Part shown: positions 13,480 to 24,552 of the stretch, piece by piece
Position numbering within the stretch: the stretch's first letter is position 1
How the letters are laid out: each line of letters opens with the position of its first letter
Source: Chiloscyllium plagiosum
Taxonomy: Eukaryota
Length of the DNA stretch: 64,000 nt
NCBI RefSeq assembly: GCF_004010195.1
Contig: NC_057719.1
Location: 63,574,602 to 63,638,601, forward strand
Direction: 5' to 3'
The notes under the pieces: model-generated
Database searches by the model: none
What the model saw: only the letters and a program-made list of their open reading frames with translations
Told to the model about the DNA's origin: nothing
Translations under genes and position numbers: made by a program

Positions 13480-13696
13480 CTTTGAGGAGAAAGTGAGGTC
13501 TGCAGATGCTGGAGATCAGAGCTGAAAATGTGTTGCTGGAAAAGCGCAGCAGGTCAGGCAGCATCCAGGGAACAGGAGAATCGACGTTTCGGGCATAAGC
13601 CTGAGTCCTGAAGAAGGGCTTATGCCCGAAACGTCGATTCTCCTGTTCCCTGGATGCTGCCTGACCTGCTGTGCTTTTCCAGCAACACATTTTCAG
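13480..13696. mobile_element. ORF-less fold-back PLE derivative, 217 bp
   Basis: 80-bp arms at 13522-13601 and 13617-13696 (79/80 match), 42-bp tail, flanking tagttgtaaataat at 13466-13479 and 13697-13710. Confidence 0.92.
13603..13640 (+). ncRNA. Minimal type I hammerhead ribozyme motif
   Basis: GAGUC-CUGAAGA-a-GGGC uuau GCCC-GAAAC-GUC-GAUUC. Stem I is 5 bp and predicted cleavage is after 13635. Confidence 0.75.
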
Positions 13697-15732
13697 TAGT
13701 TGTAAATAATGTCTTATTAGAAGATGTTTTATATCTTTTATTGTCTATAGTATTATATCTTAAAGATTACTAAACAAGATGTATAAAGTTTCAAGCATTT
13801 TAATGTATCATGTCTAGTCAAAGCAACTGCTAAAAGGCTTCTTTATTTAAACAAAAATAAAATACTGAGAATATTAGAACTCCAAAATGAAAAGCAAACA
13901 TTGCTGGAAAAGCTAGTCAGATCAGACAGCCGTCATGGAGGGAAACACAGTTAATGTTTCAGGTTGAATGGCCTGTCATCAGAACTTCTCCTCCAGAGAT
14001 GTCTGTTTACCTTGAAGTTCTGCTCTTCTTATTGATGGGATTTCCATCAGAAATAGATTGTCTCTTCCACCTTCACTTTCTGTTTCCTATTGATCTATTT
14101 ATCTATTGATCAGTTTTTTTCTAACATCCACTTCCACAGCTAGATTTCCTTCGTCAGCAGTCTCATGTTCAATTTATTCCTTGTTAAGTTGAAATCCAAT
14201 ATAAAGTCCACCATTCTAATTATGATTACTCATGCTTCAAGCCTTTCAGAACTCCTCAAAACATTGTTCTTGCTGTATCCAGAGACGCTTTCTCAATATT
14301 ACACACCAACTTATGTACACAAATGCATTTCAAAACCTTAATGCCACAGATTAGATTGCTTTAAATAAACTGTCAATCAAGAGAACTCAAAAAGTTTTTC
14401 TCTAAAACACAAACAGAATTTGTATGCTCTAACACTTACAATTTAATAATTGTGAGCTATCGTCATCCACAGTCACCAACTCTAGTATCGCAAATTTAAA
14501 AAGCATGAAATATTGTAATAGACCGTATAAGGTTAGCATCTAAGGTTAGCACCGTGTAAATTTGTCTTGGCAGTAAGGCAAAATTGTCAGCAATCCGTTG
14601 ATAGCCCAGATTCGCTAGGATTTCCTTTCCTTTTATGTGAATGGAGGAAAAAATAGAGGACACATGAATGGGATATAATAAGGGTTGTAATAGGCAGTCA
14701 TCTGTTGTAAAAGTAAGGCAACTGTCCCAAAATTTGTTAAATGACAAACAATGATCAGACATCCTGTTAAATGCAAGGATTTTGTCACATCTATGATAAG
14801 ATTTATTTTTCATTATCAGATAGGTCTGACATTGGTGGTTATTAAAATAAATTTCCATCTTCCTAGTGCTGTGAAACCTTTTCTTTGCCTCACACTTGTC
14901 TTTACAATCTTCTGAAGACAGAACTGCATTTGACAGCCTTATGGTAAGAAAGTGTGAACGAGATGTTTGGAAAGCAGTCAGGTCAGCTGATGGGGAGAGA
15001 GATCATCACTAGGTTTTAATTAGTCATAGCTTTTTACTTAATGTGTGTGCTGGGACCACAATTATTTGTAATATTTATTAATAACTTGGGTGAGGAAAAT
15101 GAATAATATATCCACATGTTTGCATATGGCACAAAAATAGGTGGAAATGCAAGTGGTGAGGATCACTCACAAGTCTGCAGAGCAATAATGACAAGTTAAT
15201 CAAGTGGGCAAAATTTGACAGGTGGAATGCAATGTGGGAAATTATGAGGTTATGCTCTTTGGCAGAAAGAAGAGAATCTGAAGACAATTTAAGTGGAGTG
15301 ACACTAGGGAAAGCTACAGTAAACAGCAGTTTAGGATTCCCCCTGCATAAATCACATGGAAAGCTAGCATCAGAGTTCAACAATTGGGGAAAGCAAATGG
15401 GATATAAATATAGAGGGAGTCTTGTTAAAATTATACAAGGCACTAATCAGACCATAGTTGGAATATTGTGAACAGTTTTAGGCCACTTCTCTCAAGAAAG
15501 ATGTATTGGCATTGCATGCAGTCAAGAGAAGGTTCATGAGCCTGATCCTGAGTATGGGATGGCTGTCTTTTGAGGAGAGATTGAGTCAGTTCGGCCTATA
15601 CTCATTGGAGTTTAAAAGCATGAGAGACAATCTGATTTAAACACTGAAGATCTCATGGAAACTTTACAGGATAGATGCAGACATGTGGTTTCACTCTCTG
15701 GGAGAATCTAGAACTGGGGACATAATCTTAGA

Positions 15733-15808
15733 GCTGAAAATGTGTTGCTGGAAAAGCACAGCAGGTCAGGCAGCATCCAGGGAACAGGAGAATCGACATT
15801 TCGGGCAT
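15733..15808 (-). mobile_element. Single PLE pseudo-LTR arm (same family as 13480-13696)
   Basis: Near-identical to 13521-13597 and flanked by acataatcttaga. Confidence 0.85.
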
Positions 15809-15821
15809 ACATAATCTTAGA

Positions 15822-16835
15822 CGCAAGGTTTGTGAAGGTTTGTAGCTCAGGTTGAGGTTTAGGGTGTAGGTTTGCTCGCTGAGCTGTAGGTTTGATATCC
15901 AGACGTTTCATTACCTGGCTACGTAAGCTCATCAGTGGGGACCTCCGAGTGAAACGAAGCTATTGTCTCCTGCTTTCTATTTATATCTTTCTCCTGGATG
16001 GGGTTCCTGGGTTTGTGGTGATGTCATTTCCTGTTCATTTTCTGAGGGGTTGATAGATGGCATCTAGACTTATGTGCTTGTTTATGGCGTTGTGGTTGGA
16101 GTGCCAGGCCTCTAGGAATTCTCTGGCATGTCTTTGCTTAGCCTGTCCCAGGATAGATGTGTTGTCCCAGTCGAAATGGTGGTTTTTTTCATCCGTGTGT
16201 AGGGCTATGAGGGAGAGAGGATCGTGTCTTTTTGTAGCTAGCTGGTGTTCATGAATCCTGGTGGCTAACTTTCTTCCTGTTTGTCCTACAAGCTAGCTGG
16301 TGTTCATGAATCCTGGTGGCTAATTTTCTTCCTGTTTGTCCTACATAGTGTTTATAGGACAAACAGGAAGAAATTTAGCCACCAGGATTCATGAACACCA
16401 GCTAGCTTGTAGGACAAACAGGAAGAAAGTTAGCCACCAGGATTCATGAACACCAGCTAGCTACAAAAAGACACGACCCCCTCTCCCTCATAGCCCTACA
16501 CACGGATGAAAAAAACCACCATTTCGACTGGGACAACACATCTATCCTGGTACAGGCCAAGCAAAGACATGCCAGAGAATTCCCAGAGGCCTGGCACTCC
16601 AACCACAACGCCATAAACAAGCACATAGATCTAGATGCCATCTATCAACCCCTCAGAAAACGAACAGGAAATGACATCACCACAAACCCCAGGAACCCCA
16701 TCCAGGAGAAAGATATAAATAGAAAGCAGGAGACAACAGCTTCACCTCACTTGGAGGTCGCCACTGATGATGTTACCTAGCCAAGTAATGAAACGCCTGG
16801 ATATCAAACCTACAGCTCAGCGAGCAAACCTACAC
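15822..16835. mobile_element. Penelope-like element as a ~1 kb palindrome
   Basis: Arms 15864-16345 and 16353-16835, each encoding a GIY-YIG C-terminus (GQTGRKLATRIHEHQLATKRHD...HHFDWDNTSIL...EAWHS). Hammerhead motifs at 15899-15938 (-) and 16761-16800 (+). Confidence 0.92.
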
Positions 16836-18493
16836 ATAATCTTAGAGTTGGAGATTGCCACTTTAAGCCAGAGGTGAGGAGGAATTTCTTCTCTGAGGTT
16901 AAAATCTGGAATTCTTTACTACAGGATATCGATGCTGAGTCATATTCAGGTATAGACAGATAGAGCAAGTCAGATTTGTAATCAGAAAGGGAAATAAGTG
17001 TTATGAGGAAAATGGAGTTGTATCAGATCAGCCATGATCTCTTTGATTGGTGGACCACTCTTGATAGGCAGTGGCCAACGTCTGTTCTTGTGTCTTATGT
17101 TCTTACTATTGTCTTATCCTGACCTAAAAGATACTGCCTTTACCCATTTTCCTGCCATTCTACACCCTCACCCATTCACCTGGAACCCTCGACCATATTG
17201 TATAGATAAACTTTTGAAATAGCATTTCATCCTTTTAGTCACCATGTGCCGTAATGATGCAGTTTGCATCTAAACATTGCTGTAAAAGTGTTACATCTTT
17301 TTTTGTGTATTGATTTCTATTAGAAATAATGTAGCTGTTCCATCTGCTCTTCCTTCCTCGCTGCTACACTGTTTATACAAGAGTTGTCATTAATTTTGCT
17401 TTGAAAAAGAAGCTGTGTTATTTCTTGGTACCAACTGGTTAAATGAACTTTGGTATTCAGCTGAGGTAGGAGGGGTGCTTGAGATATTACCTTATTGTAA
17501 CTCAATATCAAACTTTACCATTATATATTTCCCTTGTGGATGTTTAGATCTTCTGTTAAGTACTAATAAGCATTTCGGTACAGTAGCTCATCATACATTG
17601 ATTATTTCTTCAATTAAGCTTCTATTTGTAAATTCAAACAGCATTGCAATTGTGCATCAAGCTTGAGGTATGACTTTCTTTCTGCTGCTTTGTTATGGTT
17701 TCTCGAAGGTAAAATGAACTACATATCATCCTCAGTGCAACACAAGTGTGTGAAAAAAGTCTTGCATTTTTCTTTTCTCAGGTACCATTTGCATGGCAAA
17801 ACATGTTTTCTAAATTTCTCCCTGATTGACACATTTATTCAAAATTGACTTTAATTACTTGCAATTCAAAATGCTAGCTAATCTCACAGCCAGGGAACTT
17901 TGCACACAGAAAGAAAAGTACCCAAGGAATGAAAAGAGATAACAAGAGTAAAAAAGAAGAGATGAGATTGAAAAAATAGTAGTATCATCCATCTGCGCTG
18001 TCTTATCCATGTTACAAAAATTTGTTGCTATTTTTTAAAGTAGTTTCGATTTTTGCTTGAGTAAGGCTGAGCTGAAATATCTCCTGTCAAGGCTTTTGCA
18101 ATGTTAACATCTCTGTCTGTTGCAGAAGGACTATTCAAGTTAAACAATGCAAGGCCAGTATGTTGGAATTGTTTGAGTTATTAAGGAAATAAGATGTTTT
18201 TCATATCGTTCTATACAACTGATGACAGCTACATCGGCATCAATTACATGTTTTCCTTTCTTTCTGTTCAGAAATAAATATGGCATTAGATTAAGCTCAC
18301 TGTGTTTGTGAGCTTCCGTTAGTCTGGGGAATACAAAAAAGAAGTTATGAAGTCAATAAAATATGAGTCAAGTCCATATCCAGACAGACCAATTAGGGGT
18401 CATTTCAGCTTTTATAACTCAAAGTTTGTGAGAAGATTTGTAGCTCGGGTGCTCGTTGTTGTGGTTCTGTTCGCCGAGCTGGGAATTTGTGTT

Positions 18494-18533
18494 GCAGACG
18501 TTTCGTCCCCTGTCTAGGTGACATCCTCAGTGC
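18494..18533 (-). ncRNA. Minimal hammerhead ribozyme motif
   Basis: Reverse strand: gca-CUGAGGA-u-GUCACCU agac AGGGGAC-GAAAC-GUC-ugc. Confidence 0.7.
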
Positions 18534-18627
18534 TTGGGAGCCTCCTGTGAAGCACTTCTGTGATCTTTCCTCCGGCAAACAAATGTCAGAGGAAAGATCA
18601 CAGAAGCGCTTCACAGGAGGCTCCCAG

Positions 18628-18667
18628 GCACTGAGGATGTCACCTAGACAGGGGATGAAACGTCTGC
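18628..18667 (+). ncRNA. Minimal hammerhead ribozyme motif
   Basis: gca-CUGAGGA-u-GUCACCU agac AGGGGAU-GAAAC-GUC-ugc. Confidence 0.65.
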
Positions 18668-19461
18668 AACACAAATTCCCAGCTCGGCGAACAGAACCAC
18701 AACAGCTTTTATAACTGGTTGTAAAATGGATAGTAACAGTTTCACCCCATGATTTCAGATCCTAACTGATTTTATTTTCACTGAAGTCAGTGATTGCGGT
18801 GTTTGAAAATTTCAGAACATTAAAACAAGTTCAGTTAACATCAAGTTCTAGCATTAACACTGACTTTTGAAAAATATTTGTCTAACATTTTAAATTAAGA
18901 GCATTTCTCAACTTTAAAATCAACCCCTTTGAAACCAGTTCAGATTTTGGGGGTAAAATTCCACCTTGGTGCAATCATGAAAGAAATTGTCCATATTTTT
19001 TCATGTCATATTCAGTTTTGGTGTCTGTTGAAGTTATTGGCATGGGAAATCAGGCAGGATATGTAACAAAACATTGTTGCCTGTCTTGCTAAAATTGAAT
19101 GTTAATTCTATGTTATTTAGATTGAAAGCCCTCTATATGGCTCTGAGACAGATCCTGCCTTTTGTATGAAAAAGTTAAACTGCGACTTCATTTTAGGCAG
19201 ACATAGGAGATTCCATGGCACTATTTTTACTCAGATGAAACCATGACAACACATTTTCAGTTCATAAATGTTAATGCTGTTTATAGAAGTTTGCTCTGCA
19301 TGCCCCAAATCCCCTCAAACTGCACTCAGTATCTTTTCAACTTCATATTCTCGGAATTTGTTAGCTGGCGAAGAATATTATCTTTAGTTGGCAATGCAGG
19401 CTGTCAGATCACAAGCCCAAATTTAGAAGAACATCAGTCCGTATCAAATACTATTTGATTT

Positions 19462-19762
19462 GGCATGGTGGCTCAGTGGTTAGCACTGCTGCCTCACAGC
19501 ACCAGGGTCCCAGGTTTGATTCCAGCATCGGGCGACTGTCTGTGTGGAGTTTGCACATTCTCCCTGTGTCTGCGTGGGTTTGCTCCGGTTTCCTCCCACA
19601 GTCCAAAGATGTGCAGGTCAGGTGAACTGGTCATGCTAAATTGCCCATAGTGTTAGGTGCATTAGTCAGAGGGAAATGGGTCTGGGTGGGTTACTCTTTG
19701 GAGGGTTGGTGTGGACTGGTTGGGCCGAGAGGCCTGTTTCCACATTGTAGGATCTCTAATCA
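19462..19762 (+). mobile_element. HE1-type V-SINE
   Basis: tRNA head, V-domain and CR1-like tail. Confidence 0.9.
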
Positions 19763-20019
19763 AACTATTCTCCCTAGCACAGGATAACAGGCGCAAATAG
19801 GAATTTTGTAACATTTCTGCATAATAAAAATAATGAGTAGCATTCATTTTTGCGCCCAGGTTCCCTGAGTAGCTTGCTTGGTCATGGGGGAAGTAAAGAA
19901 TTCAAGTGTAAAGGTTAGTCAAATAATGGGGCATTCAGTGACAGGTCAACAGGAAATTTGCCAACCTCCCATTTTCCCTGCATACAAGCTGGCACAAGTA
20001 AATAGAAACATTAATGAAC

Positions 20020-20570
20020 ATTGGCATTAAAGCAGAATATAAGGCAAACATTCAGCAGCTCAGACAACATCTTTGGAGAGAGCAACAGAGTTAACATTGA
20101 GGTCGATAACTTTTGGTTAGATTTGAAGTAGTTTAAGATATGATGACTTATTAACAATTCCAGAACTAGAGATAGGCGAGAAAGGAAGAAATGAAGGATG
20201 AAAGACAAAAGTGGTTGGTTGCCCAAATGTTATAGGACAACTAAAAATACAAAAGATATGGCTAGAGAAGGAGTGAATAGGAACAGCAGAGTCATGACAG
20301 TGTTGGCTGTCTAATCAAAATGTTAAGTTAATTGAATTTATTGTCAAGAAATAACAATGAAGTGCTATTCCACAAGCTTGCATTGAGCTTCATTGGAACA
20401 ATTTAAGCAGCTGAGGACAGAGAGGCCAACATGGGGCAGGGAGTTAAAATGAAAACCGGCCAGAAACTCCAGGTCACATTTGCAAACTGAATGGAGATGG
20501 TCAAGAAAGTGATCACCTAATCTGTGTTTGGTCCCTCCAGTGTCGAGAACCCCACAGCAACAAATAATGT
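20020..20570 (-). mobile_element. Degraded Penelope-like fragment
   Basis: pLTR remnant at 20030-20110 and a GIY-YIG-like piece (TKHRLGDHFLDHLHSV...FHFNS). Confidence 0.6.
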
Positions 20571-20834
20571 TCCTCACATGACATTCTAATTTTAATTTGT
20601 TCTCTGATGCAAATTTCTGTATTATGTTCAATGCATCGTATTGAAATAGACCAAAGAAAAATGGTGTTTAAAAATGATTTGCTTCTCCTGCAACTTAAAG
20701 CTCATTTGCTTTTTTTTTGACTTTTCCTTGTTGAAACCTAGGAAAACAAAATGTGTTGTGAACAGCAATAAATGTAGTTGTACAAACAGATCTGTGACAT
20801 TGCTTACAAGAAATGTTATGCAAGGATGGTGTTT

Positions 20835-21170
20835 GATTAGATTAGATTAGACTGGATTAGATTTGATTACAGTGTGGAAACAGGCCCTTCAGCCCAACAA
20901 GTCCACACCGACCTGCCGAAGCGCAACCCACCCATAGCCCTACATTTGCCCCTTACCTAACACTACGGGCAATTTAGCATGGCCAATTCACCTGACCTGC
21001 ACATCTTTGGACTGTGGGAGGAATCCGGAGCACCCGGAGGAAACCCACGCAGACACGGGGAGAATGTGCAAACTCCCTACAGTCAGTCGCCTGAGGCGGG
21101 AATTGAACCCGGGTCTCTGGCGCTGTGAGGCAGCAGTGCTAACCACTGTGCCACCATGCCGCCTGTGCCG
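20835..21170 (-). mobile_element. HE1-type V-SINE with (attag)n tail
   Basis: Reverse complement of the head, V-domain and tail, plus a short tandem-repeat 3' end. Confidence 0.9.
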
Positions 21171-22359
21171 CGGTGTGGACTTGTTGGGCCAAAGGGCCTG
21201 TTTCCACACTGTAAGTAAGTAAGTTTGCTGTAATGTACAGTTGTGTGGAAGCTGGCTTATTCTTCAAGGCGATGAAATCCAAGCAATGAAGTAATGCACT
21301 GCCTAAAGGGAAAGAAATTGAATAGTAACTTCTAAAAAGGAATGATATGAGTGATGATAACTACTATATTATTTATTTAGGTATTTCATGTAGTAAAATG
21401 TCCGAAAAAGCTTCACAGAACTACTATAATACAAAATTTAATAATACGAGGAAGTACAAGGGCAGATAATCAAAGTGATAAATTTTAAGCAGCCTCTGAA
21501 AGAAAAGATAGCATGAACTATAGCTTTACTCTAATGACCAAGGGTAGAGGAGTGTACTGTCATGCTCATCCTGCTGCTGTATGGGTCACAACATGAATGA
21601 AAGAACCTTTTTCAATTAAGAACGTAGCCAATTAAATACCTTATCTCTGCCAGTCTTTAAACAAAACAATTGACCATGTTTGTTGATAAACATAATTATT
21701 ATTAAAACAAGAAGAACATCATTGGTTAATGTGCGCAGTCAGTAATACTAGAAGCATAAATACACATCCCTCTAAATATCCCTGAAACACACATGCTGAT
21801 AGACACTCTTCAGGAAAAGAATTTTTAAAACTTCTCTGCAGAGATTTACTTTGTGGAACAAGAACACTTGGGCCTTGAAGGCAATAGGATAAAGAGTAGA
21901 ATGTTCTGGAGCCGAGCCTGTTGTTCTGACACGGATGGTCAAGTCACTAATCATTCATGGTTGTCTCTGAAGTCCTGTAGCTTGCAAAAGAAATACCATC
22001 TTTCGGTGTTTCTTGAATCACTTCTGAAAGAACTGAGGGTTTTTTTCAGAAATGAGAGAAATCAGTTGGGCAGCTTGATCTTAGCCATTTGTAATTATCA
22101 GCTTTCTTACAACTGAACCAGGTTATATAAACAAAACCTCTCAAAGTCAATTACTGTTCAGGGGTCTACAGCAAAGCAATCAGTTCTTACCAGTCATGTG
22201 ACATGTAGGAAGTCTTGTGACTTCCTAGTTAACTTTCAATGACCTCTTTTTTTCAAAAAAAGTCTCCAGCTGTTCGCAAAAACTTGAAATAAATCCCATT
22301 TTCGACAATCCATCAAAACTTAAGTCCGTTGAACAATATTAAGTAGTCTTCATAATGTT

Positions 22360-22790
22360 AGAGAAGAAGTTTCAGAGCTTGGCAGCAGAAGGCACAGCCA
22401 CGAAATGTGGAGCATTCAAAATCCGTGATGCACAAAAGGCCAAAGTTAGAGGATTACAGAGATCTTGGACAGTTGTGGGGTGCAGCTATGGAGAATTTTG
22501 AAAACTACAAGGGAACTTTTTGAAATGTGATATTGCCATATAATGTTGATCTTGAAATAGCGGGTGATGGATGAATAAGTCTTAATATGAATTAGCATTT
22601 GTGCAGCAGTTTTGAGTAAGTGAATTTTGTCAGGTGGAAGAATCAGCCAGGAGAGTGAAATAGGAAAGCGAAAGATAACATAGGCAAGGATGATGTTTCA
22701 TCGGGTGAACTCAGTTGACCAGGAAACAACGATGGTACAGAAATGGTGGTGCTGTTAATGCTGTTAAAGGTATGTGTTGAGAAATATATC
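22360..22790 (-). mobile_element. Degraded L2 LINE fragment
   Basis: Resembles the reverse complement of 51350-51600. A probable 3' continuation lies at 21360-21510. Confidence 0.45.
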
Positions 22791-23542
22791 TTGGAGTCTT
22801 TGAATTTTTTTGTTTGTAAGGTTCCTTTTCAAATGGATGAGTAATTACAGATAACCCTAAGCTAAATTATTATTTTGTATCAAGGACTGTTTTGACGGAC
22901 ACAGGAACTGTTAAATTTAATAACCTACCTATAATATGTTCCTGTACTTTACACCAGTTCAGTGAATTTTATTACAGTGCCCAACACAATCAGCAGAAAT
23001 CAGGAGACAGCGAGACGGTTATTTATATTGTCGTTCTTGTTTCTTGGATGCTGCCTGCCTTATGTTTGACAGTCATACTCCCTGTCCGCCTCACACCAAG
23101 TCACTCTCTAACCCCTGCTCATTCACTTACACTGAACCTCTTTATTTCATTATTCATTAGGAGTAAAGGTAAAAGCAGATAAACTGAACTCCTTAATGCA
23201 TATCATTTATTTTGAAAAGTCATCTCTTCTCAATGTCTCCAAATCTTAAGATTATTTCTCAGAACCTCTCTAGGAAGTCTCGACAGATCTGTTTTGAGAA
23301 CCAATTAAATGCTGTAGTTCAAATGTTCTGCTTCATCCCCAAACAGTTGCCAAGGAGAGGGATGACATCAAAAAGTGCTGGGCTATTTGGGAAGAGCAGG
23401 GGTGTGCGACTAATAATTTTTCTTAAATAGCCAGCACAAATATGATTGACTGAAGGGTGACCTTCTGCTTTGTGTCTCTGTTAGTATTTAATTTGGGGTC
23501 AGTTGGAAACTAATGTTTTCTCAATTAGCAACAAAAAAACGA

Positions 23543-24552
23543 GGTAAAAACAATGACTGCAGATGCTGGAAACCAGATTTTGGATTAGTGGTGCTGGAAG
23601 AGCACAGCAGTTCAGGCAGCATCCGAGGAGCAGCAAAATCGACGTTTCGGGCAAAAGCCCTTCATCAGGAATAAAGGCAGAGAGCCTGAAGCGTGGAGAA
23701 ATAAGCTAGAGGAGGGTGAGGGTGGGGAGAAAGTAGCATAGAGTGAGTGGGGGAGGGGATGAAGGTGATAGGTCAGGGAGGAGGGTGGAGTGGATAGGTG
23801 GAAAAGAAGATAGGTAGGTAGGCCAAGTCATGGGGACAGTACTGAGCTGGAAGTTTGGAACTAGGGTGAGGTGGGGGAAGGGAAATTGAGGAAACTGTTG
23901 AAGTCCACATTGATGCCCTGGAGTTGAAGTGTTCCGAGGCGGAAGATGAGGCGTTCTTCCTCCAGGCGTCTGGTGGTGAGGGAGCGGCGGTGAAAGAGGC
24001 CCAGGACCTCCTTGTCCTCGGCAGAGTGGGAGGGGGAGTTGAAATGTTGGGCCACAGGGCAGTGTCGTTGATTGGTGCAGGTGTCCCGGAGATGATCCCT
24101 AAAGCGCTCTGCTAAGAGACGTCCAGTCTCCCCAATGTAGAGGAGACCGCATCAGGAGCAACGGATGCAGTAAATGATATTAGTGGATGTGCAGGTAAAA
24201 CTTTGATGGATGTGGAAGACTCCTTTAGGGCCTTGGATGGAGGTGAGGGAGGAGGTGTGGGCGCAGGTTTTGCAGTTCCTGCGGTGGCAGAGGAAGCTGC
24301 CAGGATCGGAGGGTGGGTTGAAGGGGGGCGTGGACCTGACCAGGTAATCACGGAGGGAACGGTCTTTGCGGAAGGCGGAAAGGGGTGGGGAGGGAAATAT
24401 ATCCCGGGTGGTGGGGTCTTTTTGGAGGTGGCAGAAATGTCGGCAGATGATTTGGTTAATCGCCCTCAGACCCCACCCCTCCAACCATAACAAGGACAGA
24501 ACACCCCTAGTGCTCACCTTCCATCCTACCAACCTTCGCATAAACCAAATCA
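23543..24552 (-). mobile_element. Penelope-like element (5'-truncated, with internal inversion)
   Basis: Cys-rich linker and GIY-YIG (CHRRNCKTC...FTCTSTNIIYCIRCS...AQHFNSPSHS...LEEERLIFRLGTLQ), pLTR at 23543-23675. Confidence 0.92.
23638..23672 (-). ncRNA. Minimal hammerhead ribozyme motif
   Basis: Reverse strand: CUGAUGA-a-GGGC uuuu GCCC-GAAAC-GUC. Stem I is weak. Confidence 0.65.

Larger units (their letters stand above)
15090..17100 (+). mobile_element. Old CR1 LINE 3' region split by PLE insertions (15733-16833)
   Basis: Remnants of LYKALIRP.LEYC.QF, and RTGGHNLR|VGDCHFKPEVRRNFFS reads through across the insertion site. Confidence 0.75.
18420..18702. mobile_element. ORF-less fold-back PLE derivative, 283 bp
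   Basis: 119-bp arms at 18459-18577 and 18584-18702, 39-bp tail, flanking cagcttttataact at 18406-18419 and 18703-18716. Confidence 0.92.

Noticed and set aside
16236..16462. CRISPR-like repeat array
   Set aside because: Vertebrate DNA, no spacers and no cas genes. The repeats are a duplication within PLE coding sequence.
16057..16641. Twin 65-aa ORFs on opposite strands (likewise 18405-18714)
   Set aside because: By-products of the palindromes, read antisense to the PLE sequence.
21558..22356. Possible solo LTR (also ~53208-54400)
   Set aside because: It begins with TG and appears to interrupt an L2 fragment, but I found no convincing CA end, TSD or second copy.
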